Source of the DNA: Candidatus Kaiserbacteria bacterium
GTDB taxonomy: Bacteria > Patescibacteriota > Minisyncoccia > Phycocordibacterales > UBA2100
Reading direction: 5' to 3'
Length of the DNA: 64,000 nt
NCBI GenBank assembly: GCA_016217965.1
Contig: JACRFI010000016.1
Coordinates: 129,837-193,836, forward strand
Shown in pieces: positions 27,480-36,737 of this stretch. A model generated the notes under the pieces. It was not told the origin of the DNA. It did not search any database and saw only the letters and a list, made by a program, of their open reading frames with translations. The first letter of the stretch is position 1. The number at the start of each line of letters is the position of its first letter. Made by a program: the position numbers and the translations under genes.

Positions 27480-28726
27480 TAGACAGCACTATTGCGCATA
27501 CTCGTTGCTGCGGCAAGTCTCTCTACTCCCAAAAGAAATGCTGCATCGCGAAGAGGGACGTGTGCCTTTTTACTTTTTTCGTCAACCGCTTTCGCGGCAC
27601 GCCTCATGGTTTTTTGAAGTTCCGTACTCACTTGATCCTCGGTCCACATAGATCCCTCCTGGTTTTGCATCCACTCAAAGTACGACACGGTTACACCGCC
27701 GGCATTTGCTAATACGTCTGGAATAACCGTGACTCCTCGTTCAGCCAAAATCTTATCCGCGTCGGGAGTCGTGGGGCCGTTTGCTAGCTCGAGAATAATT
27801 TTTGCTTTTATATTCGCGGCATTCTCGCGCGTAATTTGCCCATCGAGAGCCGCAGGAACAAGAACATCGCAATCCGCCTCAAGAAGTTCTGCGTTCGTTG
27901 CTTTCTGGGCATTCGGCGCCTCAAGAACTTTTTTCTCTTCTTTCGTTTTGAGGAGCTTGTCAGGTTTAAGCCCTGTCTCGGACAATAACGCGCCGGAACT
28001 ATCAGACACTCCAACTATATTGCAGCCTGCCTCATAGAGTAAGTGAGCCATTGTCGCGCCCGCATTGCCGAAACCTTGTATCGCGACGCGGAGTTGATTC
28101 ATTTCCATGCCTTGTGAATCGACAAAATATTCAAGTGCGTATACGCCGCCTTGTGCAGTTGCAGTGTCCCTTCCCACGATTCCGCCAAGCGGGACGGGTT
28201 TTCCGGTGATCATTCCTGGTTCTTTCTTTCCGGTAATCTTTTCATATTCATCGAGCATGTATCCCATGATTGTGCCGTTTGTGTACACATCAGGAGCGGG
28301 AATATCTTTGTCGGAGCCAAGGTCGTGCACAAACGCACGTACAAAGCCCCTTGCCACCCGCTCGATCTCCGCATCGCTATATTGTTTCGGGTCGAACTGC
28401 ACGCCACCCTTGCCACCTCCCATCGGAATATCCACAACAGCGCATTTGATTGCCATTGCTGCGGCGAGTGCTTTTACTTCATCCAGATCTGCGGCGGGGT
28501 GGAAGCGGATGCCTCCTTTATATGGGCCACGGGCATTATTGAACTGCACGCGGTACGCGTGCAGCGTCTCTTTTGTGCCATCGTCACGCATGAGGTCGAT
28601 GTCTTTCTCAAGGATGCGGTCAGGAGTTGCAAGCTTGCTACGCGCCTCTTTGGAAAGCTTGAGTTTTTCGGAGGCTTGGTCCAGCCTCTTCAAATACGAT
28701 TCGAATGGATTAACTGTCATCGGCAT
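27479..28726 (-). CDS. gdhA: NAD(P)-dependent glutamate dehydrogenase (Glu/Leu/Phe/Val dehydrogenase family)
   Basis: 415 aa; KGGIRFHP and the GGGKGG active-site region; C-terminal Rossmann fold. Confidence 0.9.
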   Translation of the reverse strand: MPMTVNPFESYLKRLDQASEKLKLSKEARSKLATPDRILEKDIDLMRDDGTKETLHAYRVQFNNARGPYKGGIRFHPAADLDEVKALAAAMAIKCAVVDIPMGGGKGGVQFDPKQYSDAEIERVARGFVRAFVHDLGSDKDIPAPDVYTNGTIMGYMLDEYEKITGKKEPGMITGKPVPLGGIVGRDTATAQGGVYALEYFVDSQGMEMNQLRVAIQGFGNAGATMAHLLYEAGCNIVGVSDSSGALLSETGLKPDKLLKTKEEKKVLEAPNAQKATNAELLEADCDVLVPAALDGQITRENAANIKAKIILELANGPTTPDADKILAERGVTVIPDVLANAGGVTVSYFEWMQNQEGSMWTEDQVSTELQKTMRRAAKAVDEKSKKAHVPLRDAAFLLGVERLAAATSMRNSAV

Positions 28727-28781
28727 ATAGTAATGCAGTTCCGAGAAAAAGGAATAAATGCTAGTATCGGCGAGAAGAAAA

Positions 28782-28853
28782 GCCGGGGTAGTTCAGTGGT
28801 AGAACGCCATCTTGGTAAGATGGAGGTCACGGGTCCGATTCCCGTCTCCGGCT
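28782..28853 (+). tRNA. tRNA-Thr (anticodon GGT)
   Basis: Acceptor GCCGGGG/CTCCGGC; D-arm AGTTCAGTGGTAGAAC; anticodon stem CCATC/GATGG with loop TTGGTAA; T-arm ACGGG-TCCGATT-CCCGT. Confidence 0.75.
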
Positions 28854-28854
28854 C

Positions 28855-29172
28855 ATGAAGGCAATGAAAGTGTTCGTCTCGGTTCCTCGTACGCACGCGG
28901 ACGCTGTTCGCGACGCTATTGGCAGAGAGGGCGGCGGAAAAATAGGGAATTATTCCTTTTGCTCTTTCAGTGTCTCAGGGATAGGCAGATTCAGGCCGGA
29001 AAAAGGAGCGCATCCGTCGATAGGTTCCATTGGGAACATCGAACTGGTAGAAGAAGAGAAGATAGAATTCGTGTGCCGGCCCGAGATACTCAATGAAGTT
29101 GTCGAGGCCATTAGGAAAGCTCATCCCTATGAAGAGCCCGCGATAGATGCATTTGAAGTAGAGTTATTTTGA
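28855..29172 (+). CDS. Small PII/CutA-like protein related to the NIF3 C-terminal region (function unknown)
   Basis: 105 aa; motifs IGNYSFCSF, GRFRPEKGAHPSIG and C-terminal HPYEEPAID, reminiscent of NIF3/CutA-like folds. Weak call. Confidence 0.35.
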   Translation: MKAMKVFVSVPRTHADAVRDAIGREGGGKIGNYSFCSFSVSGIGRFRPEKGAHPSIGSIGNIELVEEEKIEFVCRPEILNEVVEAIRKAHPYEEPAIDAFEVELF

Positions 29173-29234
29173 TTTATGCACAACATTGACAACACCTGAC
29201 CTGATCTAGGACTAATGTCTGGTATGATGTTGGC

Positions 29235-29717
29235 GTGAACCCGAAGAAGCCTAGAACACCATGTCTGGTTTGCGGAAAGGAACCTCAATACTCATATTAT
29301 AAATATTGTAGTAATGCCTGTCAGCATGTATATCAATCTCAAACAAAGGTTGAAAGGTGGAAAGCTGGAGAATTGACAGGTTTGGAGACTACTGGTGTCG
29401 TAACGGCCTATGTCAAAAACTATTTACGCAGTAAATACAAAAATAAATGTTGTATCTGTGGGTGGGCTGAGGTGAACCCAAAAACGAATCAGGTGCCGCT
29501 AATCGCTGACCATATTGATGGTAATTGGCGCAACAATATCGAAAGTAATTTACGTTTGCTTTGTCCAAATTGCGATTCGCTCTCACCCACGTATGCAGCC
29601 TTGAATAAAGGAAATGGTCGCAAGAATCGGGTGATCAGCAACAGGGTAAAAGAAGCGCGATTTCTAATGAAAGGTGCGAAGAATAAGGCAATGCGTATTC
29701 TTCCGTTTGAAGTCTGA
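29235..29717 (+). CDS. HNH endonuclease (free-standing, AT-rich)
   Basis: 160 aa; N-terminal Cys cluster (CLVCG...CSNAC) and an HNH core (ADHIDGNWRNN...NLRLLCPNCDS). Confidence 0.7.
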   Translation: MNPKKPRTPCLVCGKEPQYSYYKYCSNACQHVYQSQTKVERWKAGELTGLETTGVVTAYVKNYLRSKYKNKCCICGWAEVNPKTNQVPLIADHIDGNWRNNIESNLRLLCPNCDSLSPTYAALNKGNGRKNRVISNRVKEARFLMKGAKNKAMRILPFEV

Positions 29718-29749
29718 AATTATTATAAATCGTGCTATATTTCCACCGC

Positions 29750-29825
29750 GCCACCTTAGCTCAGTTGGTAGAGCACGTCATTCGTAATGACGGTGTCCCG
29801 AGTTCGATTCTCGGAGGTGGCTCCA
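29750..29825 (+). tRNA. tRNA-Thr (anticodon CGT), CCA encoded
   Basis: Acceptor GCCACCT/AGGTGGC; D-arm GCTC-AGTTGGTA-GAGC; anticodon stem CGTCA/TGACG with loop TTCGTAA; T-arm CCGAG-TTCGATT-CTCGG; 3' TCCA. Confidence 0.8.
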
Positions 29826-29826
29826 G

Positions 29827-30723
29827 ATGCAAAAAGAACAGATAGAAAAAAAGATCGCGGACATTGAAGCGGCAATGGGAGCGCCGGATTTTTGGGCTGA
29901 TAAAGATAAAGCGCAAGCGGTTTTGAAAGAATACCAAAGCCTCAAGCAGCAGCTTCTTGGTGGCGAAGGGTATGATAAAGGGAACGCTATTGTTTCAATC
30001 GTCTCAGGAGCGGGCGGCGATGATGCGGAAGATTTCTCCCGAATGCTTTTCGAGATGTACGGAAAATATGCTGCACAAAAAGGGTGGAGAACGGGGCTCA
30101 TCGATTCCAATCAAAATTCGATGGGTGGATATCGCAGCCTTTCATTCGAGGTGTCAGGTGCGGGCGCGTACGGCACGTTAAAGAAAGAAGCGGGGGTGCA
30201 TCGCCTCGTGCGGATGTCTCCATTCAACGCTGCGGGAAAACGCCAGACATCTTTCTCGCTCGTAGAAGTCTTGCCCGTGCTTCCTGATGTGGGCGAGACG
30301 CATATTCCGGAAACCGAACTGGAGGTGACCGTCGCGCGCTCAGGGGGTCCAGGCGGGCAGAACGTGAACAAGCGTGACACGGCGGTGAGGATGACGCACA
30401 AACCAACGGGAATGTCTGTGCACGTTACGAGCGAGCGCAGCCAACAGCAAAATCGGGAGAAGGCCATTGAAATGCTCCGAGGAAAGTTGTTCAAATTGAA
30501 ACAAGAGGCGCAAGACAAAGAGTCACGAGGCCTCTCCGCGGGCGCGTCTACGAAAATCGAATGGGGAAGCCAGATCCGCTCGTATGTACTGCATCCGTAC
30601 CAATTGGTGAAAGATCATCGCACAGACCATGAGAGGAGAGACGTAGAAAAAGTATTGGGCGGAGATATCCAATCATTCATTGATGCCGAGAAGAATTTTG
30701 ACGCGCAGAATGCTGGGGTATAA
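29827..30723 (+). CDS. prfB: Peptide chain release factor 2 (compact, no programmed-frameshift site)
   Basis: 298 aa; SPF tripeptide ([10 protein letters not shown]) and GGQ ([11 protein letters not shown]). A single ORF whose ATG follows the tRNA-Thr CCA by one nucleotide. Confidence 0.8.
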   Translation: MQKEQIEKKIADIEAAMGAPDFWADKDKAQAVLKEYQSLKQQLLGGEGYDKGNAIVSIVSGAGGDDAEDFSRMLFEMYGKYAAQKGWRTGLIDSNQNSMGGYRSLSFEVSGAGAYGTLKKEAGVHRLVRMSPFNAAGKRQTSFSLVEVLPVLPDVGETHIPETELEVTVARSGGPGGQNVNKRDTAVRMTHKPTGMSVHVTSERSQQQNREKAIEMLRGKLFKLKQEAQDKESRGLSAGASTKIEWGSQIRSYVLHPYQLVKDHRTDHERRDVEKVLGGDIQSFIDAEKNFDAQNAGV

Positions 30724-30805
30724 TGATTCCCACTGACTGCGTATTCGGTTCTGGCTGCATTTTCTGATCTCAAAGCTAGAAGCTAGTGACTAGAAGCTAA
30801 TTCTC

Positions 30806-31486
30806 ATGATTCTCTACGACAAAGTATCAAAATTTTATAATGGCGATAGGGCCGCGCTCGCAGAAATAACCCTCCAAATAGAGCCGGGAGAGTTTGTTTC
30901 AATCGTGGGGCACTCGGGGGCCGGGAAAACGACGCTCCTCAAGATGCTTTTTGCTGAGATTGTGCCGACAGAAGGTGCGGTCTACTTCGGTACACGCGAT
31001 ATCGGCGGCCTATCTTCTCGCGAACTTTTGGAGCTGCGGCGTTCCATCGGCACGATTTTTCAAGATTTTCGTTTGCTTCTGACGAAAACCGTGTATGAAA
31101 ATATTGCGTTTGCAATGGAGGTAGCGGGAAAGGATGATGAAGACATCCAGGCGGATGTGCCCCATGTGCTCGACCTTGTTGGGCTCTCGGACAAGATGTG
31201 GAGCTTTCCGCATCAACTTTCAGGCGGCGAGCAGCAACGTGTTGCGATCGCGCGCGCTCTCGTCAATCAGCCGGATGTCCTAATAGCCGATGAGCCGACA
31301 GGAAATCTTGACCCAATCAATACCCATGATGTCGTCGAGATTTTAAAAAAGATAAATGATCTTGGTACGACGGTCCTCTTAACGACGCACAACAAAACAG
31401 TTGTCGATTCGATCGGCCGCCGCGTGGTCACGCTGGAGCAAGGCCGTGTTGTGAGGGACGACAAGCACGGGAAATACATTCTTTAA
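30806..31486 (+). CDS. ftsE: Cell division ATP-binding protein FtsE
   Basis: 226 aa ABC ATPase: Walker A GHSGAGKTT, signature LSGGEQQR, Walker B LIADEPT. Confidence 0.85.
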   Translation: MILYDKVSKFYNGDRAALAEITLQIEPGEFVSIVGHSGAGKTTLLKMLFAEIVPTEGAVYFGTRDIGGLSSRELLELRRSIGTIFQDFRLLLTKTVYENIAFAMEVAGKDDEDIQADVPHVLDLVGLSDKMWSFPHQLSGGEQQRVAIARALVNQPDVLIADEPTGNLDPINTHDVVEILKKINDLGTTVLLTTHNKTVVDSIGRRVVTLEQGRVVRDDKHGKYIL

Positions 31487-31568
31487 CAGTCCGCAGTCAT
31501 CAGTCATGAGAAAACTTCAGCATGGTATGCTCCTAAGACTAATGACTTGTGACTAACGACTACCACAT

Positions 31569-32492
31569 ATGAGTTTTTGGCTAACAACAAAACGAGTCGC
31601 GAGATACGGATTGATCGGCTTCATCCGGAATGGTTTTGTATCGCTCGCGGCGGTGATGATAATGACAATCACTCTTTTCGTTGTTGCGCTTCTTCTCATT
31701 GCCGGCTCCGCGCTCCAGTCAACACTTGCACTTCTTACTGACAAGGTAGATGTAAACGTGTATTTCCAAACCGAGGCATCTGAAGAGCAAATTCAAAATG
31801 TCCAGAGATCTCTTGAGGCGCTTCCTGAGGTTGCGGCGGTCACGTATACGAGTCGCGAACAAGCTCTAGAGGAATTTCGTGAGCGGCACAAGAACGAGCA
31901 GCTTATGACACAGGCGCTGGACCAACTTGGAGAGAACCCGCTGGGTGCTTCGCTTGCGGTCCAAGCGAAAGATACGTCGCACTACGAAACAATAGCGAAA
32001 TTCATTGAGACGCAACAAGCGCTTCCGGATGGCTCCGCCATTAGCAAAGTTAACTTCTATCAGAACAAAACGGCGATAGACCGCCTCACGAACATCATTA
32101 ATGCGTCACGCACTGCTGGTTTTGCGACTGCCATATTTCTTTTTTGCGCATCGCTTCTCATTACATTTAATACGATCCGGCTTGCCATTTACACAGCGCG
32201 CGATGAGATCGGGGTCATGAACCTCGTAGGCGCCGGCAGGTGGTACGTGCGAGGGCCTTTCATGATCGCCGGAGTATTGTATGGAATTGTCGCGAGCCTC
32301 ATTGTTCTCTTCGTTCTCTATCCAGTTGCCGCCTGGATCGGTCCTGCGTCCGAGAGATTTTTTGGCTCGTTCAATGTTTTTAACTACTACACGAGCCAAT
32401 TTCCCCTTATTTTCTTCGTTATTGTGGGGCTTGGCGTCGGGCTAGGTGCTCTTTCATCGTTTTTGGCTGTCAGGCGTTATCTGCGCATGTGA
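31569..32492 (+). CDS. ftsX: Cell division permease FtsX
   Basis: 307 aa; one N-terminal TM, a large extracytoplasmic loop, three C-terminal TMs; adjacent to ftsE. Confidence 0.8.
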   Translation: MSFWLTTKRVARYGLIGFIRNGFVSLAAVMIMTITLFVVALLLIAGSALQSTLALLTDKVDVNVYFQTEASEEQIQNVQRSLEALPEVAAVTYTSREQALEEFRERHKNEQLMTQALDQLGENPLGASLAVQAKDTSHYETIAKFIETQQALPDGSAISKVNFYQNKTAIDRLTNIINASRTAGFATAIFLFCASLLITFNTIRLAIYTARDEIGVMNLVGAGRWYVRGPFMIAGVLYGIVASLIVLFVLYPVAAWIGPASERFFGSFNVFNYYTSQFPLIFFVIVGLGVGLGALSSFLAVRRYLRM

Positions 32493-32586
32493 AAACGTTC
32501 TTTTTCTCGCTCTCCACACCCAAGAGAACGCTTTAGGTCCACGCGTGCGGTGTACACTGTACTGTGATAGATTGGAGACCGTTGAT

Positions 32587-34254
32587 ATGATCGCACGCTC
32601 GTCGAAGAAAGATGGACACAAGTACATCTTCGTTATCGGGGGTGTGATGTCAGCCGTCGGCAAAGGAATTGCGACAGCCTCCATAGGAAAAATTCTCGCT
32701 GCGCGCGGGCTCAAAGTGAATCTCGTAAAGATAGACCCGTATCTCAATGTGGACGCGGGCACGATGAACCCAATCGAACATGGGGAATGTTTCGTATTGG
32801 ATTCGGGGCTTGAGACAGACCAGGACATGGGCAACTACGAGCGTTTTCTCAATCGCGATTTGGGGCCGGAGGATTACATGACGAGTGGCATGGTGTATAA
32901 GTCTGTTATTGAAAAGGAGCGGAATCTCGAATATGGCGGCAAATGCGTAGAGGCGATACCGCACGTGCGCGACGAGATAATCCAAAGGTTGAAGCGAGCC
33001 GCGAAACTCTCGAAGTCGGATGTCTCGGTAGTGGAGATAGGCGGCACGGTAGGGGATTTTCAGAATGCGCTTTTTATTGATGCCGCGCGCGTGATCCATC
33101 TTGAGCGTCCGGACAATGTTCTCTTTGTAATGGTTTCGTATTTGCCAATTCCCGGTACCGTAGGGGAGATGAAAACGAAGCCGACGCAGAATGCGGTGCG
33201 TATGCTGAATTCATACGGCGTACAACCGGATATCATCATCGCGAGAAGCAAGATGCCTCTTGATGATAAAAGGAAAGAAAAACTCGCTATCTCTTGCAAC
33301 GTGCAAGCGGACCACATTATCTCTGCCCCTGACGTGGATTCAATTTATGATGTACCGCTTAATTTCGAACGAGACAATCTCTCTGACATACTTCTCAAGG
33401 CACTTGGAAAACGGCCGAGAGGCGAATCGGACCTCAAAGAGTGGAAGCAATTCGCGGAGCATGCGCATAATGGGAAAAAGACGGTGAACATCGGTATTGT
33501 AGGGAAATATTTTGACACGGGAGATTTTGTTCTATCCGATGCGTATCTGTCAGTCATCGAAGCCATTAAATTTTCAAGCTACGAGCTTGGTGTTAAACCG
33601 AAGATAGATTGGATAAACGCAAAAGAGATACAGAGCGGAAAAATGCCAGTTACGGAATTAGGGAAATACGATGGCATCATTGTGCCTGGAGGGTTTGGAG
33701 AAACAGGAATTGAAGGAAAAATAATGGCGGCGCAGTATGCGCGTGAGAATAAAATCCCGTATTTCGGGCTTTGCTATGGCCTCCATATGCTCGTCATTGA
33801 ATACGCACGACATATGGCGGGGATGGAGAACGCGAATACGACAGAAATAAATCCTAAAACGCCATATCCTGTTATCGCAATACTTCCCGAACAAGCAGAG
33901 AGACTGGCGAAAAAAGAATTCGGCGGGACGATGCGGCTTGGTGCGTACCCGTGTGCACTGAAAGAAAATTCAGTTGTACGCGAAGCGTATGGCAAGGGAG
34001 AGGTGTCCGAGCGCCATCGCCATCGGTATGAGATAAATCCGGAGTATATAGAGCGCCTTGAAAAGGCGGGCCTTGTATTTTCTGGTTATTCACCTGATAG
34101 GGAATACTTGAAAGAGATTGCGGAGTTGCCGAAAAAAGAGCATCCATTTTATGTGGGAACGCAGTACCACCCAGAGCTTCGCGCGAGGCCGCTTGCCCCG
34201 CATCCTTTGTTTACGGCGTTCATAAAGGCAGCTGCAAGGAAGAGTGGAAGCTAG
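32587..34254 (+). CDS. pyrG: CTP synthase
   Basis: Synthetase domain (YIFVIGGVMSAVGKGIATASIG) plus C-terminal class I glutamine amidotransferase (GLCYGLHM). The ATG at 32587 is chosen; the upstream ORF extension is rejected. Confidence 0.9.
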   Translation: MIARSSKKDGHKYIFVIGGVMSAVGKGIATASIGKILAARGLKVNLVKIDPYLNVDAGTMNPIEHGECFVLDSGLETDQDMGNYERFLNRDLGPEDYMTSGMVYKSVIEKERNLEYGGKCVEAIPHVRDEIIQRLKRAAKLSKSDVSVVEIGGTVGDFQNALFIDAARVIHLERPDNVLFVMVSYLPIPGTVGEMKTKPTQNAVRMLNSYGVQPDIIIARSKMPLDDKRKEKLAISCNVQADHIISAPDVDSIYDVPLNFERDNLSDILLKALGKRPRGESDLKEWKQFAEHAHNGKKTVNIGIVGKYFDTGDFVLSDAYLSVIEAIKFSSYELGVKPKIDWINAKEIQSGKMPVTELGKYDGIIVPGGFGETGIEGKIMAAQYARENKIPYFGLCYGLHMLVIEYARHMAGMENANTTEINPKTPYPVIAILPEQAERLAKKEFGGTMRLGAYPCALKENSVVREAYGKGEVSERHRHRYEINPEYIERLEKAGLVFSGYSPDREYLKEIAELPKKEHPFYVGTQYHPELRARPLAPHPLFTAFIKAAARKSGS

Positions 34255-34257
34255 TAT

Positions 34258-35013
34258 ATGGCGAGAATCAGTCTCGTCTCCCTGAACATCGAGCGCAAGA
34301 AGAATCTCGAGCGGGTCATCCCGTTCCTGCGTGAGCGTAAGCCCGACGTTGTATGTCTTCAAGAAGTGTGCGGGTCGGATATCTCGGACCTTGCGTCTGC
34401 TATTGGAGCCCATGGATCGTTTTACGTACCAGTCACGAGCCAACACGAATTAACGGGAGAGATAAACGAACATGGCATATGCATTCTCTCCACATTTCCG
34501 ATGCCAAAAAAAGAGGCGAAATATTATGTGGGGAACGCATCGCACCTGCCTGTTTCCGACGAAAAAAAACCTGAAACATATACCTCAGGACAGAACCGGA
34601 TGGTTGCCCTCGCAAACGTTGAGACTCCTGATGGAACGTTTCGTATCGGGACGACTCATTTTACGTGGACGCCAAAAGGAGAGGCGAATGACCTGCAACG
34701 GCGAGACATCAAGGCACTTCTCTCTATCTTGGAAGCAGAAAAAGAATTCGTCTTGTCAGGAGATTTTAATGCGCCGCGCGGGGGAGAGATTTTTTCTGAG
34801 ATAGCGAATCGTTACAAAGATAATATCCCAGTGGAATATAAAACGAGCCTGGACTTAGTGTTGCATCGCGCCGCGAAAGAACGCCTGCACGAGATAGAAA
34901 ATAAAATGGTTGACGGGCTCTTTACGACACCAGAATATGTCGCGTCTGAAGTTTCGCTTGTGAGCGGCGTTAGCGACCACCAAGCGGTTGTTGCCGACAT
35001 ACGGAAAGCCTGA
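34258..35013 (+). CDS. Endonuclease/exonuclease/phosphatase (EEP) family protein
   Basis: 251 aa; LQEV, GTTHFTW, SGDFNAP and SDHQAV motifs typical of EEP-fold hydrolases. Confidence 0.6.
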   Translation: MARISLVSLNIERKKNLERVIPFLRERKPDVVCLQEVCGSDISDLASAIGAHGSFYVPVTSQHELTGEINEHGICILSTFPMPKKEAKYYVGNASHLPVSDEKKPETYTSGQNRMVALANVETPDGTFRIGTTHFTWTPKGEANDLQRRDIKALLSILEAEKEFVLSGDFNAPRGGEIFSEIANRYKDNIPVEYKTSLDLVLHRAAKERLHEIENKMVDGLFTTPEYVASEVSLVSGVSDHQAVVADIRKA

Positions 35014-36172
35014 TGTACAAATCTTCTCTTGTGTGGTACAGTCTGGCATGGGAGTATCAAAAAATTTCAATACACGCTCCTCGGCTCGGAAACGTGAAAG
35101 CGAGCTTTCCCGTTTCCCTCGCTCTACGTCGCCTGTAAAGCTTTACGTAAAAGGCTTCACATTTGACGACGTTCTCATCCGTCCGGCCGCTAGCCGCATG
35201 GAACCGTCAGAGGCGTCACTAAAAACAATGGTTGCGGGCATCGAACTGAAATTGCCGTTCCTCTCTGCTGCAATGGACCGTGTTACGGAAGCGCCTATGG
35301 CTATCGCACTCGGAAAGCTTGGGGGCTTAGGAGTATTGCATCGCAACTGCACGGTTGAGAGCCAAGTCGCGATGGTAAAAGAAGTGAAGAAGGCAGGAGT
35401 AAAAGTCGCAGCAGCATGCGGGCCGTTCGCAGTCGACCGAGCAAAAGCGCTTGATGCGGCAGGTTGTGACGCGATCGTTATCGATTGCGCGCACGGGCAC
35501 AATTTAAATGTTCTTGATAGCGCACGAAACATAAAGAAAGGTTTCAAACACGCGAAGCTTATATTCGGCAACATCGCCACCGCGGAAGCGGCGAAAGAGG
35601 CATGCAAATTTGCAGATGCGGTGAAGGTAGGCGTTGGCCCCGGCTCTATCTGTACTACGCGCATCATTTCAGGTGTTGGTGTGCCGCAGCTCTCCGCCAT
35701 TATTGATGTCGCATCGGTCGCGCTCAAAAAAAAGGTGCCCGTCATCGCGGACGGGGGCATTCGGACATCGGGGGACATAGCAAAAGCGTTGGCTGCAGGG
35801 GCGACAGCAGTCATGTGTGGAAATATGTTCGCGGGCACGGATGAAGCGCCGGGGAACATAGTAGAGAAACATGGCGAGCAATTTAAAGAGTATCGGGGAA
35901 TGGGTTCGAAAGCGGTTATAACGGGTGCTTCCGGCGCGGAGAGGTACTTCACACACGGCCGCAAAGCCGTTCCTGAAGGCGTTGAAGCATTCGTGCCGTA
36001 CAAAGGTCCAGTATCAGAGATCATTGCGGACATCGCCTCTGGCTTACAGGTTGGCATGGGATATGTAGGCGCGAAAACAATTCTTGAATTCCACAAGAAA
36101 GCGCAGTTCATCCGCATCACGCACGCATCAATCGCGGAGGGAAAGCCTCACTCGCTTTCCCACATCCATTAG
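34988..36172 (+). CDS. guaB: IMP dehydrogenase / GMP reductase family enzyme lacking the CBS (Bateman) subdomain
   Basis: GFTFDDVLIRPA, catalytic loop GVGPGSICTTR, IADGGIRTSGDIAKALAAGA; no CBS insertion between the barrel segments. The true start is possibly at M21 (35048). Confidence 0.75.
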   Translation: MLPTYGKPDVQIFSCVVQSGMGVSKNFNTRSSARKRESELSRFPRSTSPVKLYVKGFTFDDVLIRPAASRMEPSEASLKTMVAGIELKLPFLSAAMDRVTEAPMAIALGKLGGLGVLHRNCTVESQVAMVKEVKKAGVKVAAACGPFAVDRAKALDAAGCDAIVIDCAHGHNLNVLDSARNIKKGFKHAKLIFGNIATAEAAKEACKFADAVKVGVGPGSICTTRIISGVGVPQLSAIIDVASVALKKKVPVIADGGIRTSGDIAKALAAGATAVMCGNMFAGTDEAPGNIVEKHGEQFKEYRGMGSKAVITGASGAERYFTHGRKAVPEGVEAFVPYKGPVSEIIADIASGLQVGMGYVGAKTILEFHKKAQFIRITHASIAEGKPHSLSHIH

Positions 36173-36206
36173 ATTCGAATTTCCGCGCTAATGCTACTAT
36201 TTTGAT

Positions 36207-36716
36207 ATGTGGGCGTCATTTTGGGCGTGGTATGAGCGCACGTATACGCTCAACGTCTCAATAGCGCTCTGTCTTTTTCTTCTCCAAATAGCACATCTTA
36301 TCTGGCTTTTCGGTGCCGTCGTTTGGGCTAAAGTATTTGGTGCGCCACTTTTCACATTCAACGATTTCTGGCAATTCGCCATCATTCTCGTCGATTACAC
36401 GGAGGTCCCGGCGCTTATATCTGTTTCGTTCATTTACATAAACGAGTTACGAGGAAAGTGGCACATCAAGAATGCGCTGTATTTAGCTTTTCTCAACATT
36501 CAGTGGCTGCACCTCTTTTGGATCACTGATGAATTTGTCGTGGCATCGTTCACTGGTTCTGCACCCGTTGCACTTCCATTGTGGCTCGCGTGGGTAGCTA
36601 TCTCGATAGATTATCTCGAACTCCCAGTGATGTTCGATGTGTTGATGAAGTTTATTACAGCCATCAAGGAAAAGCGCCTTGGTGATTTTCTGAGGCATCA
36701 GTTGCGGGAAAGCTAG
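36207..36716 (+). CDS. Hypothetical integral membrane protein
   Basis: 169 aa with four or five predicted hydrophobic segments; no known motif. Confidence 0.4.
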   Translation: MWASFWAWYERTYTLNVSIALCLFLLQIAHLIWLFGAVVWAKVFGAPLFTFNDFWQFAIILVDYTEVPALISVSFIYINELRGKWHIKNALYLAFLNIQWLHLFWITDEFVVASFTGSAPVALPLWLAWVAISIDYLELPVMFDVLMKFITAIKEKRLGDFLRHQLRES

Positions 36717-36737
36717 GAGTGCGGGAGAGTGTAGACA

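Noticed and set aside
29827-30000. Programmed +1 frameshift in prfB
   Set aside because: The RF2-like reading frame is continuous from the ATG at 29827. No in-frame TGA or CUU-UGA shift site was seen in the first 60 codons.
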